The notes under the pieces were generated by a model. It ran no database searches. It was not told the DNA's origin and saw only the letters and a list, made by a program, of their open reading frames with translations. The position numbers and the translations under genes were made by a program. From the NCBI GenBank assembly GCA_049318505.1, contig JBMOGG010000001.1:53677-117676 (forward strand): a stretch of DNA of 64,000 nucleotides, in the 5' to 3' direction. This DNA comes from Sphingomonas sp. (lineage in GTDB: Bacteria > Pseudomonadota > Alphaproteobacteria > Sphingomonadales > Sphingomonadaceae). This document shows, piece after piece, positions 32,512-43,399 of this stretch. Within the stretch, counting starts at the first letter, position 1. Each line of letters starts with the position of its first letter.

Positions 32512-32625
32512 ATGACCTCCCGATGCTTCAGCTCTCTTCATAGGCGACCGCTTAGGTACAGTTATAGTCTTTGCCGAATTGAACGCGATTGCGCCACGGA
32601 ACAGTGCCGGTAAGGGGCATTCCTC

Positions 32626-33318
32626 ATGACTGTGCAAAACACCCCGCCGGCTACCAGCCACGACTTTGTCCATATCGACTCATGGATCTTCGATCTCGAT
32701 AACACGCTTTATCCGGCGTCCTGCAACCTGTTCGCACTGATCGACGAACGCATGGGCGCCTATATTGAACGGCTCGTTGGTTGCGATGCCACCCATGCCC
32801 GCGCAATCCAGAAGCGCTATTTCCGCGATCACGGCACCACGCTGTCAGGCCTGATGGCGCTTCATGGTACCGATCCGAAGCACTTCCTTGACGACGTTCA
32901 CGACATCGCGCTCGACCGGGTGGTGCATGACGCTCGACTGGTCGAGGCGATTGCCCGCCTGCCCGGACGAAAGCTCGTTTTTACAAATGGCGATGTCGAC
33001 TATGCGCAGCGCGTACTCGACCGGCTCGGGCTTGGCGCGAGCTTTGAGGCCATCCACGACATCCACGCCATGGATTATGTGCCCAAGCCTGCGCCCGCCA
33101 GCTATGCGGCAATGTGCGTGCGCTGGGACATCGATCCCGCGCGTGCGCTCTTCGCCGAAGACATGGCACGCAACCTGAAACCGGCAAAGAAGCTCGGCAT
33201 GACGACGCTGTGGATCGACAATGGGTCGGAACAAGCGTCGGAAGACGAATTCGCGCCGTTCATCGACTACCGCACGGCGCACCTGACCGACTGGCTGCAC
33301 GAACTCACGGGGAAATAG
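32626..33318 (+). CDS. pyrimidine 5'-nucleotidase (HAD-IA)
   Basis: [10 protein letters not shown] motif and family-typical length. Confidence 0.85.
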   Translation: MTVQNTPPATSHDFVHIDSWIFDLDNTLYPASCNLFALIDERMGAYIERLVGCDATHARAIQKRYFRDHGTTLSGLMALHGTDPKHFLDDVHDIALDRVVHDARLVEAIARLPGRKLVFTNGDVDYAQRVLDRLGLGASFEAIHDIHAMDYVPKPAPASYAAMCVRWDIDPARALFAEDMARNLKPAKKLGMTTLWIDNGSEQASEDEFAPFIDYRTAHLTDWLHELTGK

Positions 33319-33319
33319 C

Positions 33320-34153
33320 ATGAATCTCGAAGGCATCATCGACGCGGCGTGGGAGGCGCGCAACACGATTTCTATCGCGACGCAGGGCGAGGTCCGGATG
33401 GCGGTCGATGCGGCGATCATGGCACTCGATAGTGGCGACGTACGCGTGGCCGAGCCTGACGGCAACGGCGGCTCGCGAGTCAATCAGTGGCTGAAAAAGG
33501 CCGTGCTGCTCAGTTTCCGCCTCAACGATAATGAGATCATGGCCGGTCCGCACGGCGCGAGCTGGTTCGACAAAGTGCCGTCGAAGTTTACCGGCTGGGG
33601 TGACAAAGCCTTTCGCGCGGCAGGTTTTCGGGCCGTGCCGGGCGCCATCGTTCGCCGCGGGGCCTATATCGGCAAGAATGTCGTCCTGATGCCCAGCTTC
33701 GTGAACATCGGTGCGAATGTCGGCGCGAACACGATGGTCGATACGTGGGCGACCGTCGGCAGTTGCGCCCAGATCGGCGCGAACGTCCATCTGTCGGGCG
33801 GCGTCGGTATCGGCGGTGTGCTCGAGCCATTGCAGGCCAATCCGGTCGTCATCGAGGACGATTGCTTCATCGGCGCGCGGTCCGAGGTGGTCGAGGGCGT
33901 CCATATCGAGCGCGGGGCAGTGCTTTCGATGGGCGTGTTCATCTCGTCGACCAGCAAGATCATCGACCGCAGCACGGGCGAGGTCTTCGTCGGTCGCGTT
34001 CCTGCCTATTCGGTCGTTGTTCCCGGCGCGATGCCGGGCAAGCCGTTGCCCGACGGATCGCCAGGTCCCAGCCTATCCTGCGCCGTTATCGTGAAGCGGG
34101 TCGATGCGCAGACGCGCGCAAAGACGGCGATCAACGAGCTGCTGCGGGATTGA
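33320..34153 (+). CDS. dapD: 2,3,4,5-tetrahydropyridine-2,6-dicarboxylate N-succinyltransferase
   Basis: Hexapeptide-repeat LbH domain and a DapD-like N-terminus. Confidence 0.92.
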   Translation: MNLEGIIDAAWEARNTISIATQGEVRMAVDAAIMALDSGDVRVAEPDGNGGSRVNQWLKKAVLLSFRLNDNEIMAGPHGASWFDKVPSKFTGWGDKAFRAAGFRAVPGAIVRRGAYIGKNVVLMPSFVNIGANVGANTMVDTWATVGSCAQIGANVHLSGGVGIGGVLEPLQANPVVIEDDCFIGARSEVVEGVHIERGAVLSMGVFISSTSKIIDRSTGEVFVGRVPAYSVVVPGAMPGKPLPDGSPGPSLSCAVIVKRVDAQTRAKTAINELLRD

Positions 34154-34176
34154 CCTTCGTGCGTTAAGCCTTCGCT

Positions 34177-35745
34177 ATGAAGGCCTTCTCCGACCTCCTC
34201 GACCGGCTGGTCTACACGCGCTCGCGCAATACCAAGCTGCGCCTGATCGCGGACTATCTGCGTGCCACGCCCGATCCCGACCGGGGTTGGGCATTGACCG
34301 CCCTCGCCGGATCGCTCGATCTGCCTGGAGTAAAGCCAGCGGTGATCCGAGGGCTGATCGAGGACCGCGTCGATCCGGTGCTGTTCCGCATGAGCCGTGA
34401 GTTCGTAGGCGATACGGCGGAGACGGTTGCCCTGCTGTGGCCGTCCCGACCGACCGGGGAGCAGGATCTCTCGCTGAACGCCATTGTCACGCGCCTGAAG
34501 ACGCTCGGTCGGGCGGAAGCGCCCGCCACGCTCGCCGCAATGCTCGATGCGCTGGACGAGAATGAACGGTTCGCATTGCTCAAAATGGCAACGGGCGCAC
34601 TGCGTGTCGGCGTCACCGCACGCCTCGCCAAGACGGCCTTGGCGCAGGCGTTCGAGCTCGATGTCGAGGCGGTCGAGGAAGTGTGGCATGGCATTGCGCC
34701 GCCTTATGCGGCACTCTTCGACTGGGCAGAGGGGCGCGCCGAGCAACCCACGGCAGCCGACACGCCGGTTTTCCGGTCGTTCATGCTCGCTCACCCGCTC
34801 GAGGACGCGCGGGTCGACCTGGCCGACTATGTGGCTGAATGGAAATGGGACGGCATCCGGGTGCAGATCGTCCGGGTCGCGGGGCAGGTCCGTCTGTTCA
34901 GCCGCGGCGGCGATGATGTCACCGGCAGTTTCCCCGATGTCGCCGGCGCTGTCACCGTCGATGGTGTCTTCGATGGCGAACTGCTTGTCCGCGGTGCTTT
35001 CCAAGGCGGGGAGGCGGCAAGCTTCAATGCCTTGCAGCAGCGACTGGGGCGCAAGACGGTTTCGGCCAGGATGCTGGCTGACTATCCCGCGTTCGTCCGG
35101 CTTTACGACGTGCTGTTCGACGGGCCTGAGGACCTGCGCGCCTTGCCGTGGACCGATCGGCGCACCCGGCTCGAAGGACTGATGCCGAGCTTCAAGGCCG
35201 AACGTTTCGACCTTTCGGCGGTGATCGACGCGGCCGACTTTGGTGATCTCGAACAGATCAGGGCCGGGGCCCGTGATGCGGCGATCGAGGGTGTCATGCT
35301 CAAGCGTCGCAATAGCGCCTATGTCACCGGGCGACGCGTTGGCCTGTGGTACAAATGGAAACGCGATCCGCTGACCGCCGATTGCGTGATGATGTATGCA
35401 CAGCGTGGCAGCGGCAAGCGCTCGTCCTTCTATTCGGACTTTACTTTCGGCTGCTGGACCGACGCGGGCGAGTTGTCGCCCGTTGGCAAGGCCTATTCGG
35501 GCTTCACCGATAGCGAACTCAAGGACCTCGACCGCTTCGTCCGCCAGCACACGGTCGCGCGGTTCGGCCCAGTGCGCGAGGTTGAAAAGACGCTCGTGCT
35601 AGAAGTTGCATTCGACTCGATCCATGCATCGGCGCGACACAAGTCGGGCGTCGCGATGCGCTTTCCTCGCATCCACCGCATCCGGACCGACAAGCCGGCG
35701 GTGGATGCCGACCGGGTCGAGACGCTGCTGCGGATGGTAACTTAG
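34177..35745 (+). CDS. ATP-dependent DNA ligase (cisplatin/ligase-associated DNA damage response type)
   Basis: Adenylation motif I EWKWDGIR; 522 aa; pdeM lies nearby. Confidence 0.9.
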   Translation: MKAFSDLLDRLVYTRSRNTKLRLIADYLRATPDPDRGWALTALAGSLDLPGVKPAVIRGLIEDRVDPVLFRMSREFVGDTAETVALLWPSRPTGEQDLSLNAIVTRLKTLGRAEAPATLAAMLDALDENERFALLKMATGALRVGVTARLAKTALAQAFELDVEAVEEVWHGIAPPYAALFDWAEGRAEQPTAADTPVFRSFMLAHPLEDARVDLADYVAEWKWDGIRVQIVRVAGQVRLFSRGGDDVTGSFPDVAGAVTVDGVFDGELLVRGAFQGGEAASFNALQQRLGRKTVSARMLADYPAFVRLYDVLFDGPEDLRALPWTDRRTRLEGLMPSFKAERFDLSAVIDAADFGDLEQIRAGARDAAIEGVMLKRRNSAYVTGRRVGLWYKWKRDPLTADCVMMYAQRGSGKRSSFYSDFTFGCWTDAGELSPVGKAYSGFTDSELKDLDRFVRQHTVARFGPVREVEKTLVLEVAFDSIHASARHKSGVAMRFPRIHRIRTDKPAVDADRVETLLRMVT

Positions 35746-35835
35746 GCCAGGTAGGTATCGATGTGCAGCCGAAACTTCATGATGTGCAACTTGCCGATTT
35801 TCCGGCATTATCCAGTGCCGAGAGGAGCCAGGGAC

Positions 35836-36810
35836 ATGAACGTCCATACACAAAGGTTCGCGCTTTGCGCCGCGCTGTTCGCATCACCACTTGCTGCCCA
35901 GCAGACGCCCCCGCCTGAATATGGGGCGACGACAACGATCGACGCCGGGGTGGATCGGACGCTGCGCATGACAGTACCCGTGACGGTCGACGGTAAGGGG
36001 CCTTACCCGTTCGTCGTCGACACCGGAGCTGACCGAACGGTACTGTCGCGCGAGTTGGCCGACCACCTCGAGCTGAAAGACGGCGAAAGCGCGACGATGC
36101 ACACCATGACCGGTGTCGGTCCGGTCCGGACCGTGCGCGTGCCGACACTGGAGGTCGGTGGCGGGCGAAACGACGGTTTCAGCGCGCCGGCGCTTCTGGA
36201 AGCCCATTTGGGCGCCAAGGGATTGCTTGGGATCGACAGCCTGCAGGGGCGGCGCGTCGTGATGGATTTCCAGCTGGGCACTTTCAGCGTGATGGCCTCC
36301 AAAACGACGCGTGAGCCCGTGGACAGCGAAACGATCATCGTCACCGCCCGGTCGCGCTATGGCCAGCTCGTGCTTGTCGATTCCGACATCGGGGGCATCC
36401 CGATCACGGTGATCATCGATTCGGGCGCGCAGAATAGCGTGGGCAATCTCGCGTTGCGCCGGATGCTCGAAAAGCGGCACAAGGTAGGCGATTTCTATCC
36501 GCTCGTGATGACCGACGTGACCGGCGCCACGATGAATGCCGATGTCGCGCGGGTCGAATCGATCCGGCTCGGCGGCTTCACGCTCACTAATGTCGGCGTG
36601 GCTTTTGCCGACGCGCATCCGTTCAAGAAGTTCGATCTTGTCAAACGTCCGGCGATGTTGCTCGGCATGGACACGCTGCGCGCCTTCCGCCGGGTGTCGG
36701 TCGATTTTGCACAGCGCAAAGTCCGGTTCCTCTTGCCCGACAGCAGTTCGGACTCTAGCCGACGGCAATGGTTCGCTTTTCGTTCGCCGGCCAGGATTTC
36801 GCCGCTCTAG
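35836..36810 (+). CDS. secreted tandem retropepsin-like aspartic protease
   Basis: Signal peptide and two D[TS]GA motifs (VVDTGADRTV, IIDSGAQNSV). AGAGGAG RBS precedes the ATG at 35836. Confidence 0.75.
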   Translation: MNVHTQRFALCAALFASPLAAQQTPPPEYGATTTIDAGVDRTLRMTVPVTVDGKGPYPFVVDTGADRTVLSRELADHLELKDGESATMHTMTGVGPVRTVRVPTLEVGGGRNDGFSAPALLEAHLGAKGLLGIDSLQGRRVVMDFQLGTFSVMASKTTREPVDSETIIVTARSRYGQLVLVDSDIGGIPITVIIDSGAQNSVGNLALRRMLEKRHKVGDFYPLVMTDVTGATMNADVARVESIRLGGFTLTNVGVAFADAHPFKKFDLVKRPAMLLGMDTLRAFRRVSVDFAQRKVRFLLPDSSSDSSRRQWFAFRSPARISPL

Positions 36811-37433
36811 GGGCTCGCGCGCTCTGGTGGCCCGCCCGCCGGGCGCTCGTCGTTGCCGATCTGCACCTCGAAAAGGGCAGCTGGTTTGCCAAGGGCGGCC
36901 AGATGCTGCCGCCCTATGACAGCCTGGCGACGCTGGCCGACCTGACCGCACGCGTCGCCGCTTGTGCACCAGCAGAACTCTGGTGCCTTGGCGACAGCTT
37001 CCATGATGCGGCGGGCTGCGAACGGCTCCCGGTCGAGGCGCAGCAGATGCTGCGCGCGCTGACCGGCGCGCTCGATTGGGTGTGGGTGACCGGCAACCAC
37101 GATGCCGGCGGCGTCATCGACCTGTGCGGCGGGCGCATCGTCGACGAAGCACTCGTCGCGGGCATCGTGCTCCGCCACGAAGCCGATCCGTGTGACATCC
37201 GCCCCGAAATGTCAGGTCATTTTCATCCCAAGCTGCGCGTGACCCTGCGGGGTCGGAACGTGGCCCGCCGCTGCTTCGTCGCAAGCGCCACCAAGCTGAT
37301 CCTGCCGGCGTTCGGTTCGCTGACCGGCGGGCTCGACGCGGGGCACCCCGAAATCGTCCGTGCCGTCGGTCTCAATGCACGGGCACTGGTGCCATTGGCG
37401 GACCGAATGCTGAGCTTCCCGCTCGCCGCCTAG
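36768..37433 (+). CDS. pdeM: ligase-associated DNA damage response endonuclease PdeM (metallophosphoesterase)
   Basis: VVADLHLEKG and GNHD motifs. Overlaps the protease gene by 43 nt. Confidence 0.85.
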   Translation: MVRFSFAGQDFAALGARALWWPARRALVVADLHLEKGSWFAKGGQMLPPYDSLATLADLTARVAACAPAELWCLGDSFHDAAGCERLPVEAQQMLRALTGALDWVWVTGNHDAGGVIDLCGGRIVDEALVAGIVLRHEADPCDIRPEMSGHFHPKLRVTLRGRNVARRCFVASATKLILPAFGSLTGGLDAGHPEIVRAVGLNARALVPLADRMLSFPLAA

Positions 37434-38110
37434 GCCGAGGGCTTGGCGCTCCACAGCGTCGGGAAGGTGTTCTGCAGCGCCGCAACCTTGGGCGCGTCCC
37501 ACATGCGGATATAGCCGTGGTTGGGGTTCTTGAACGCAAAGTCCTGATGATAGGCTTCCGCCGGAAAGAACTTGCCACTTTCCAGCCGCGTCGCGATCGG
37601 CGCGCCCCAGCTTTTCGCCGCGTTCAGCTGCGCGATATAGGTGCGGGCGACGCGGATCTGCTCAGCGTCCTGGGGAAAAATCGCCGAGCGATAGCTTGTG
37701 CCGCTGTCCGGCCCCTGCCGGTTCACTTCAGTCGGGTTGTGCGCGACCGAGAAATAGACGCGTAACAGCGTGGCATAGCTGATCTGGCGCGGGTCGTAGA
37801 CGACACGGATCGCCTCGGCATGCCGCGTGCGCTCGCTGCTGACGGCGTCGTAATTGGCGCTTCCTGCATCGCCGCCAGCATAGCCGGAAGTGACCTGCTG
37901 CACGCCCTTCAAATGGCTGAACACGGCTTCCATGCCCCAAAAGCAGCCACCTGCAAGCACCGCCACTGCGCGCGGCGCAGTCGTCTTGGCATCAGTCGTT
38001 GCTGCAGGCACGAGCACGGTCCGTTCGGCGGCGAAGGCTGGAATTAACATCTGGGTCGCCAGCAGCGTTGCGCCGAAGATCGCGACGCCCGTCATCAGCC
38101 GCCCGATCAT
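37430..38110 (-). CDS. msrA: peptide-methionine (S)-S-oxide reductase, exported
   Basis: GGCFWGME active site and an N-terminal signal/anchor. Confidence 0.92.
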   Translation of the reverse strand: MIGRLMTGVAIFGATLLATQMLIPAFAAERTVLVPAATTDAKTTAPRAVAVLAGGCFWGMEAVFSHLKGVQQVTSGYAGGDAGSANYDAVSSERTRHAEAIRVVYDPRQISYATLLRVYFSVAHNPTEVNRQGPDSGTSYRSAIFPQDAEQIRVARTYIAQLNAAKSWGAPIATRLESGKFFPAEAYHQDFAFKNPNHGYIRMWDAPKVAALQNTFPTLWSAKPSA

Positions 38111-38205
38111 GCGAACATCCCCGTCGACACGGCCATCGGTACCCCGGCACCCAAGAAGCCAATGACAAAGGCGTAGACGTAATCGTTACGGAACAGGGCA
38201 ATCAT
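38107..38205 (-). CDS. possible 32-aa hydrophobic peptide translationally coupled to msrA
   Basis: Encodes MIALFRNDYVYAFVIGFLGAGVPMAVSTGMFA. Its TGA overlaps the msrA ATG (ATGA at 38107-38110). The RBS is weak. Confidence 0.3.
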   Translation of the reverse strand: MIALFRNDYVYAFVIGFLGAGVPMAVSTGMFA

Positions 38206-38272
38206 GACGAAATACTTTCGATGGTTGTGCCTCCAGTTACGGATCCACACCCCAAATGGTTTCACCCATGCC

Positions 38273-39499
<1,227 letters not shown>

Positions 39500-41230
39500 C
39501 TATAAACCTGCAAGACGTGCGGGCAACAGGCCGCGCAGTGAATTGCCGATAAATAACCCGTTTTTCAGGTCATCGGCGCGCAAGTCGGCTTCGCGCGCCC
39601 GGCCTGCCGCAATCATGTCGTTGCGCAGAATGCCTCCCAATAGGCTGGCGTCGAGCGCCGGTGTCAGCAAGATGCCCTCGCGCTCCACGAAGATATTGGT
39701 GAAGCTCCCCTCGGTTAACCGTCCATCCGGCAGGGCGAAGACGACTTCGAAACGGCCCCCTCGCGCGTCGTCGTAGAACGCCCTATCGGTCGTCTTGTGG
39801 CGTAGCCGGAAATCGGACGGGTCGACCGGCAATGGCACGACCTGAACTTGGATTGGCGCTGCCGGGACGGGCGGCATCGGCCGCACCTCGATGGCAACAT
39901 GGCCTCCCCTGCCCAGCAGGAGCCGGACGCGTGCAGATTCGCGCAGGCGAAAGGTTGCCGCCTGCAGGTCGTTGCGCGCCGAATGCCGGTCGAAGGTAAA
40001 GCCGAACTGGTCTGCGCTCGCTGTCAGCCGGGCGAGATGTGCTTCCAGGCGGATCAGTCCGCATTCAGGATCGAACCGCATGGTCTCGACAAGATCGAAC
40101 CGGCGCGACGATGGCACGAACGCTCCCTTTGCCAGGCACTCTTGCCACTCGCTCGCTGCAGTCGAATCGGCCACGATTCCCGAGCCCAGCCCAAGGGTGG
40201 CGATCGGGTTGCCCTCTTCCATCGCCAGCGTGCGGATCGCCACGTTGAAGGCGGCGCTGCCATCGGGGTCGATTCGCCCGACGCTGCCGGTATACATACC
40301 GCGAGACCGCTGCTCGATTTCGCCGATCGCTTCCATGGCGCGGATCTTGGGCGCGCCGGTGATCGAACCGCACGGGAACAGCGCATGGAGGACGTCGAGG
40401 GCGTCGCGGCCTTCGGCCAGCTGCGCAGTTACGGTCGAGGTCATCTGCTGCACGGTCGGGTAGTGTTCGACGCGAAACATCTCGGGCACGGCAACGCTTC
40501 CCGTAACGGCCACGCGCGACAGGTCGTTGCGCAGTAGGTCGACGATCATCAGGTTTTCGGCACGTTGCTTGGGGTCGTTCGCCAGCAGCGCGGGGTCGGC
40601 GTCGGGCGCCGCCGTACCCTTCATCGGCCGCGTGGTAATCTTTCCGTCTCTTAGGGCAAAGAACAGCTCGGGCGACAGCGACAACAGCCAGTGCCTGCCC
40701 GTCGCGACGACGGCGCCATAGGGGCTCGCGGCCCGCGAGCGCAGCCCGGCATAAAGCGCAAGGGGGTGCCCCGCGGTTGCAACTGCGGCCCGGAAAGTCA
40801 GATTGGCCTGATAGATGTCGCCTGCCGCGATCAGCGCCTTCACCTGCGCAAGCTGCGCCTCATAGGCCTCCCGCGAAAGGTCGGGCGTTGGCGTACTCAG
40901 CCAGGCACCTGCCGGATCGGGGAGTAGCGGCGCCATGCCGGCAGGGTCGATTGTCCGAAAACAGCGAAACAGCCCGAACCAGAGCAATGGCGCATCGGTC
41001 GGCACAGCACTTGCCAGCTTTGGCTCCAGTGCGGCACCCGCCTCGTAGGCGAGATAGCCCGCCGCATGCAGCCCGCCGCGCGTCGCCGTGCGCAGGGCCT
41101 CGAGCGCGGTCCTCACTTCGCCGGGTTGACGGGTCGTCACGATCTCGACCGGGTCGGTATAGAGCCGCGCTGACGCGGCAGGACCCGCACTGGCATCGTC
41201 GAGCAGGACAAAGGGCGGCGCAAAACTCAC
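39500..41230 (-). CDS. pabB: bifunctional aminodeoxychorismate synthase component I / class IV aminotransferase (ADC lyase-like)
   Basis: N-terminal ~385 aa is a chorismate-binding domain (FPCGSITGAPK, YTGSVG). C-terminal ~190 aa is class-IV-like (GSFTNIF, GILR). Confidence 0.85.
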   Translation of the reverse strand: MSFAPPFVLLDDASAGPAASARLYTDPVEIVTTRQPGEVRTALEALRTATRGGLHAAGYLAYEAGAALEPKLASAVPTDAPLLWFGLFRCFRTIDPAGMAPLLPDPAGAWLSTPTPDLSREAYEAQLAQVKALIAAGDIYQANLTFRAAVATAGHPLALYAGLRSRAASPYGAVVATGRHWLLSLSPELFFALRDGKITTRPMKGTAAPDADPALLANDPKQRAENLMIVDLLRNDLSRVAVTGSVAVPEMFRVEHYPTVQQMTSTVTAQLAEGRDALDVLHALFPCGSITGAPKIRAMEAIGEIEQRSRGMYTGSVGRIDPDGSAAFNVAIRTLAMEEGNPIATLGLGSGIVADSTAASEWQECLAKGAFVPSSRRFDLVETMRFDPECGLIRLEAHLARLTASADQFGFTFDRHSARNDLQAATFRLRESARVRLLLGRGGHVAIEVRPMPPVPAAPIQVQVVPLPVDPSDFRLRHKTTDRAFYDDARGGRFEVVFALPDGRLTEGSFTNIFVEREGILLTPALDASLLGGILRNDMIAAGRAREADLRADDLKNGLFIGNSLRGLLPARLAGL

Positions 41231-41295
41231 TATTTCCTCTTGGCATTCCCAGCGCGTGCTTGCCAGCCCATGTCTGCCGCGCGCATGATGCGGCC

Positions 41296-42675
41296 ATGGT
41301 TGCCAGTGTCTTCGACTTGTTCAAGATCGGCGTCGGTCCTTCGTCCTCGCACACAATGGGGCCGATGACGGCCGCCGCCGATTTTGCCGCGGGGCTGGTC
41401 CATGATGGCGTGTTGGCGAAGGTCCGGCGGGTCGACGTGGCGCTCTATGGGTCGCTGGCCCTGACCGGTAAGGGACACGCGACCGACCGCGCCCTCTTGC
41501 TTGGCCTTTCGGGTGAGCGTCCGGCCAATTTGTGCCCGGACCGCGCCGATGCGATCGTTGCCGCAATACGCGCCACGCACGAGCTCGAGCTTGCCGGGAC
41601 GCACCCTGTCGCCTTCGACGAGGCGCGCGACCTTCGTTTCCTCCAGAAGGAACGCCTGCCTTTCCATTCGAACGCGATGCGCTTTGCGGCCTTCGATGCT
41701 GCTGGCGCGCAAGTCGCCACTTGCACGGCTTATTCGGTCGGCGGTGGCGCTGTCGTCTATGAGGCGGACATTGCCCGCAATGCCCCGCCAGAGGGCCTTG
41801 TCGATGTGCCACACCGCTTTTGCTCGGGCGACGATTTGCTCGCGAGAGCGCACGCTACGGGCAAGTCGATCGCCGAACTGATGCGCGAGAACGAGTTGGT
41901 TGCGTTGTCGGCCGAAGAACTGAGCGCCCGGTTGAGCGCGATTCGCAGCGCCATGTCCGCCTGCATCGACCGGGGCGTGGCGATCGGCGGCATCCTGCCC
42001 GGGGGGCTCGAGGTCAAGCGGCGCGCCCCCGACATCCTGCGGCAATTGGTCGAGCGACAGGAACGCGCGCTTGCTGACCCGCTGACTGTAATCGACTGGG
42101 TGAATCTCTGGGCGCTCGCCGTCAATGAAGAAAATGCAGCGGGTGGCAGGGTGGTGACGGCCCCGACGAATGGCGCAGCTGGCATCGTCCCCGCAGTGCT
42201 GCGCTACTACGAGCGTTTCGCGCCCGGTGCGTGTAGCCGGGGTTCGGAGGACTTTTTGCTGACGGCGGCGGCCATCGGCTCTTTGTTCAAGGAAAATGCC
42301 TCGATTTCGGGCGCCGAAGTCGGCTGCCAGGGTGAAGTCGGCGTCGCTTGCTCGATGGCGGCGGCGGGGCTTGCGGCCGCCCTCGGCGCCACGCCGATGC
42401 AGGTCGAAAACGCGGCCGAGATCGGCATGGAGCATAATCTGGGTCTGACCTGCGATCCGGTGGCGGGCCTTGTCCAAGTGCCGTGTATCGAGCGCAACGC
42501 CGTCGGCAGCATCAAGGCGATTGAGGCGGCGCGGCTGGCAATGCTCGGGGACGGTACGCATCGGGTTTCGCTCGACCAAGTCATCGAGACGATGCGCAAG
42601 ACCGGCCTCGACATGAACGAAAGATATAAAGAAACCTCGCTCGGTGGCCTTGCTGTCAATGTCGTGGAATGCTGA
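41296..42675 (+). CDS. sdaA: L-serine ammonia-lyase, iron-sulfur-dependent, single chain
   Basis: VFDLFKIGVGPSSSHTMGP N-terminus. The ATG at 41296 is in frame with the longer spurious ORF. Confidence 0.92.
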   Translation: MVASVFDLFKIGVGPSSSHTMGPMTAAADFAAGLVHDGVLAKVRRVDVALYGSLALTGKGHATDRALLLGLSGERPANLCPDRADAIVAAIRATHELELAGTHPVAFDEARDLRFLQKERLPFHSNAMRFAAFDAAGAQVATCTAYSVGGGAVVYEADIARNAPPEGLVDVPHRFCSGDDLLARAHATGKSIAELMRENELVALSAEELSARLSAIRSAMSACIDRGVAIGGILPGGLEVKRRAPDILRQLVERQERALADPLTVIDWVNLWALAVNEENAAGGRVVTAPTNGAAGIVPAVLRYYERFAPGACSRGSEDFLLTAAAIGSLFKENASISGAEVGCQGEVGVACSMAAAGLAAALGATPMQVENAAEIGMEHNLGLTCDPVAGLVQVPCIERNAVGSIKAIEAARLAMLGDGTHRVSLDQVIETMRKTGLDMNERYKETSLGGLAVNVVEC

Positions 42676-42676
42676 G

Positions 42677-43201
42677 ATGGTGAAGGCCACGGATCGTCGC
42701 ACAGAGCTGCTGGACCGGCTGGCTGACCATGTGCTCGCGCAGGGATTATCGGCCTCGAGCCTGCGCCCGCTCGCCAAGGCGGCCGGAACGAGCGACCGCA
42801 TGCTGCTGTACTACTTCCCCGACAAAGGCGCGCTGATTGCCGCCGTGCTTGAGGTCGTCGCGGCGCGGATGGTCGTGCTGCTCGATGCCCGCACCTCGGC
42901 AGGGCCGTTACGCTTTGCCGCTCTGAAGGCGGCGCTGCTCGATGTCGTTTTTGCCGAGGATATGTGGCCCTACATGCGGCTGTGGCTCGAGATGGCCTCG
43001 CTTGCCGCGCTCGGTGATCCGGTGTTCCGGGCGGTCGGCGAACAGCTCGGCCACGGCTTCCTCGCCTGGGGTGCAGCGCAGCTCGACAGCGTGGACGAGG
43101 CAACGCGCGACGTGGAGGCGGCGCGCCTGCTGGTTGCGATCGAGGGGACATTGCTACTGAAGAGTGTGGGGCTGGAGGCAATCGCCCGCCGGGCCGGCTA
43201 G
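42677..43201 (+). CDS. TetR/AcrR family transcriptional regulator
   Basis: N-terminal HTH (LSASSLRPLAKAAGTSDRMLLYYF). It starts 1 nt after the sdaA stop. Confidence 0.85.
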   Translation: MVKATDRRTELLDRLADHVLAQGLSASSLRPLAKAAGTSDRMLLYYFPDKGALIAAVLEVVAARMVVLLDARTSAGPLRFAALKAALLDVVFAEDMWPYMRLWLEMASLAALGDPVFRAVGEQLGHGFLAWGAAQLDSVDEATRDVEAARLLVAIEGTLLLKSVGLEAIARRAG

Positions 43202-43331
43202 CGGCGCCGCAGAACGATCGCCAGCATAAGCGCGATGCCCGTGCCCGATAGGATCGCGGCTGCCCCCGCCAGCACGGTTGCCGGATCGGCGACATGATCG
43301 CCTCCTTGTTTACGGCCATGCTCTGGTTGAA

Positions 43332-43347
43332 TGTAGCGTTCGCTACA
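43332..43347. promoter_or_regulatory. 16-nt palindrome tgtagcg-tt-cgctaca upstream of the dipeptidase gene
   Basis: Perfect 7-bp arms in an AT-richer gap, 131 nt downstream of the TetR gene and 53 nt upstream of the ATG at 43400. Confidence 0.45.
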
Positions 43348-43399
43348 ATATGCAAGATAGGGCTGTCCTACCGCTTGCCCTTTGTGCTTAGCTGCCGTG

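Noticed and set aside
41251-41265. Sigma-54-like TGGCAT-N..-GC (tggcattcccagcgc) upstream of sdaA.
   Set aside because: Only the -24 GG element fits. The -12 region reads GCGC instead of TTGC. This is too weak to call without a genome-wide model.
43201-43278. Short minus-strand hydrophobic frame (VLAGAAAILSGTGIALMLAIVLRRR) abutting the TetR stop.
   Set aside because: Only a GTG start is available, there is no RBS, and it is about 25 codons long. It cannot be distinguished from chance in GC-rich sequence.
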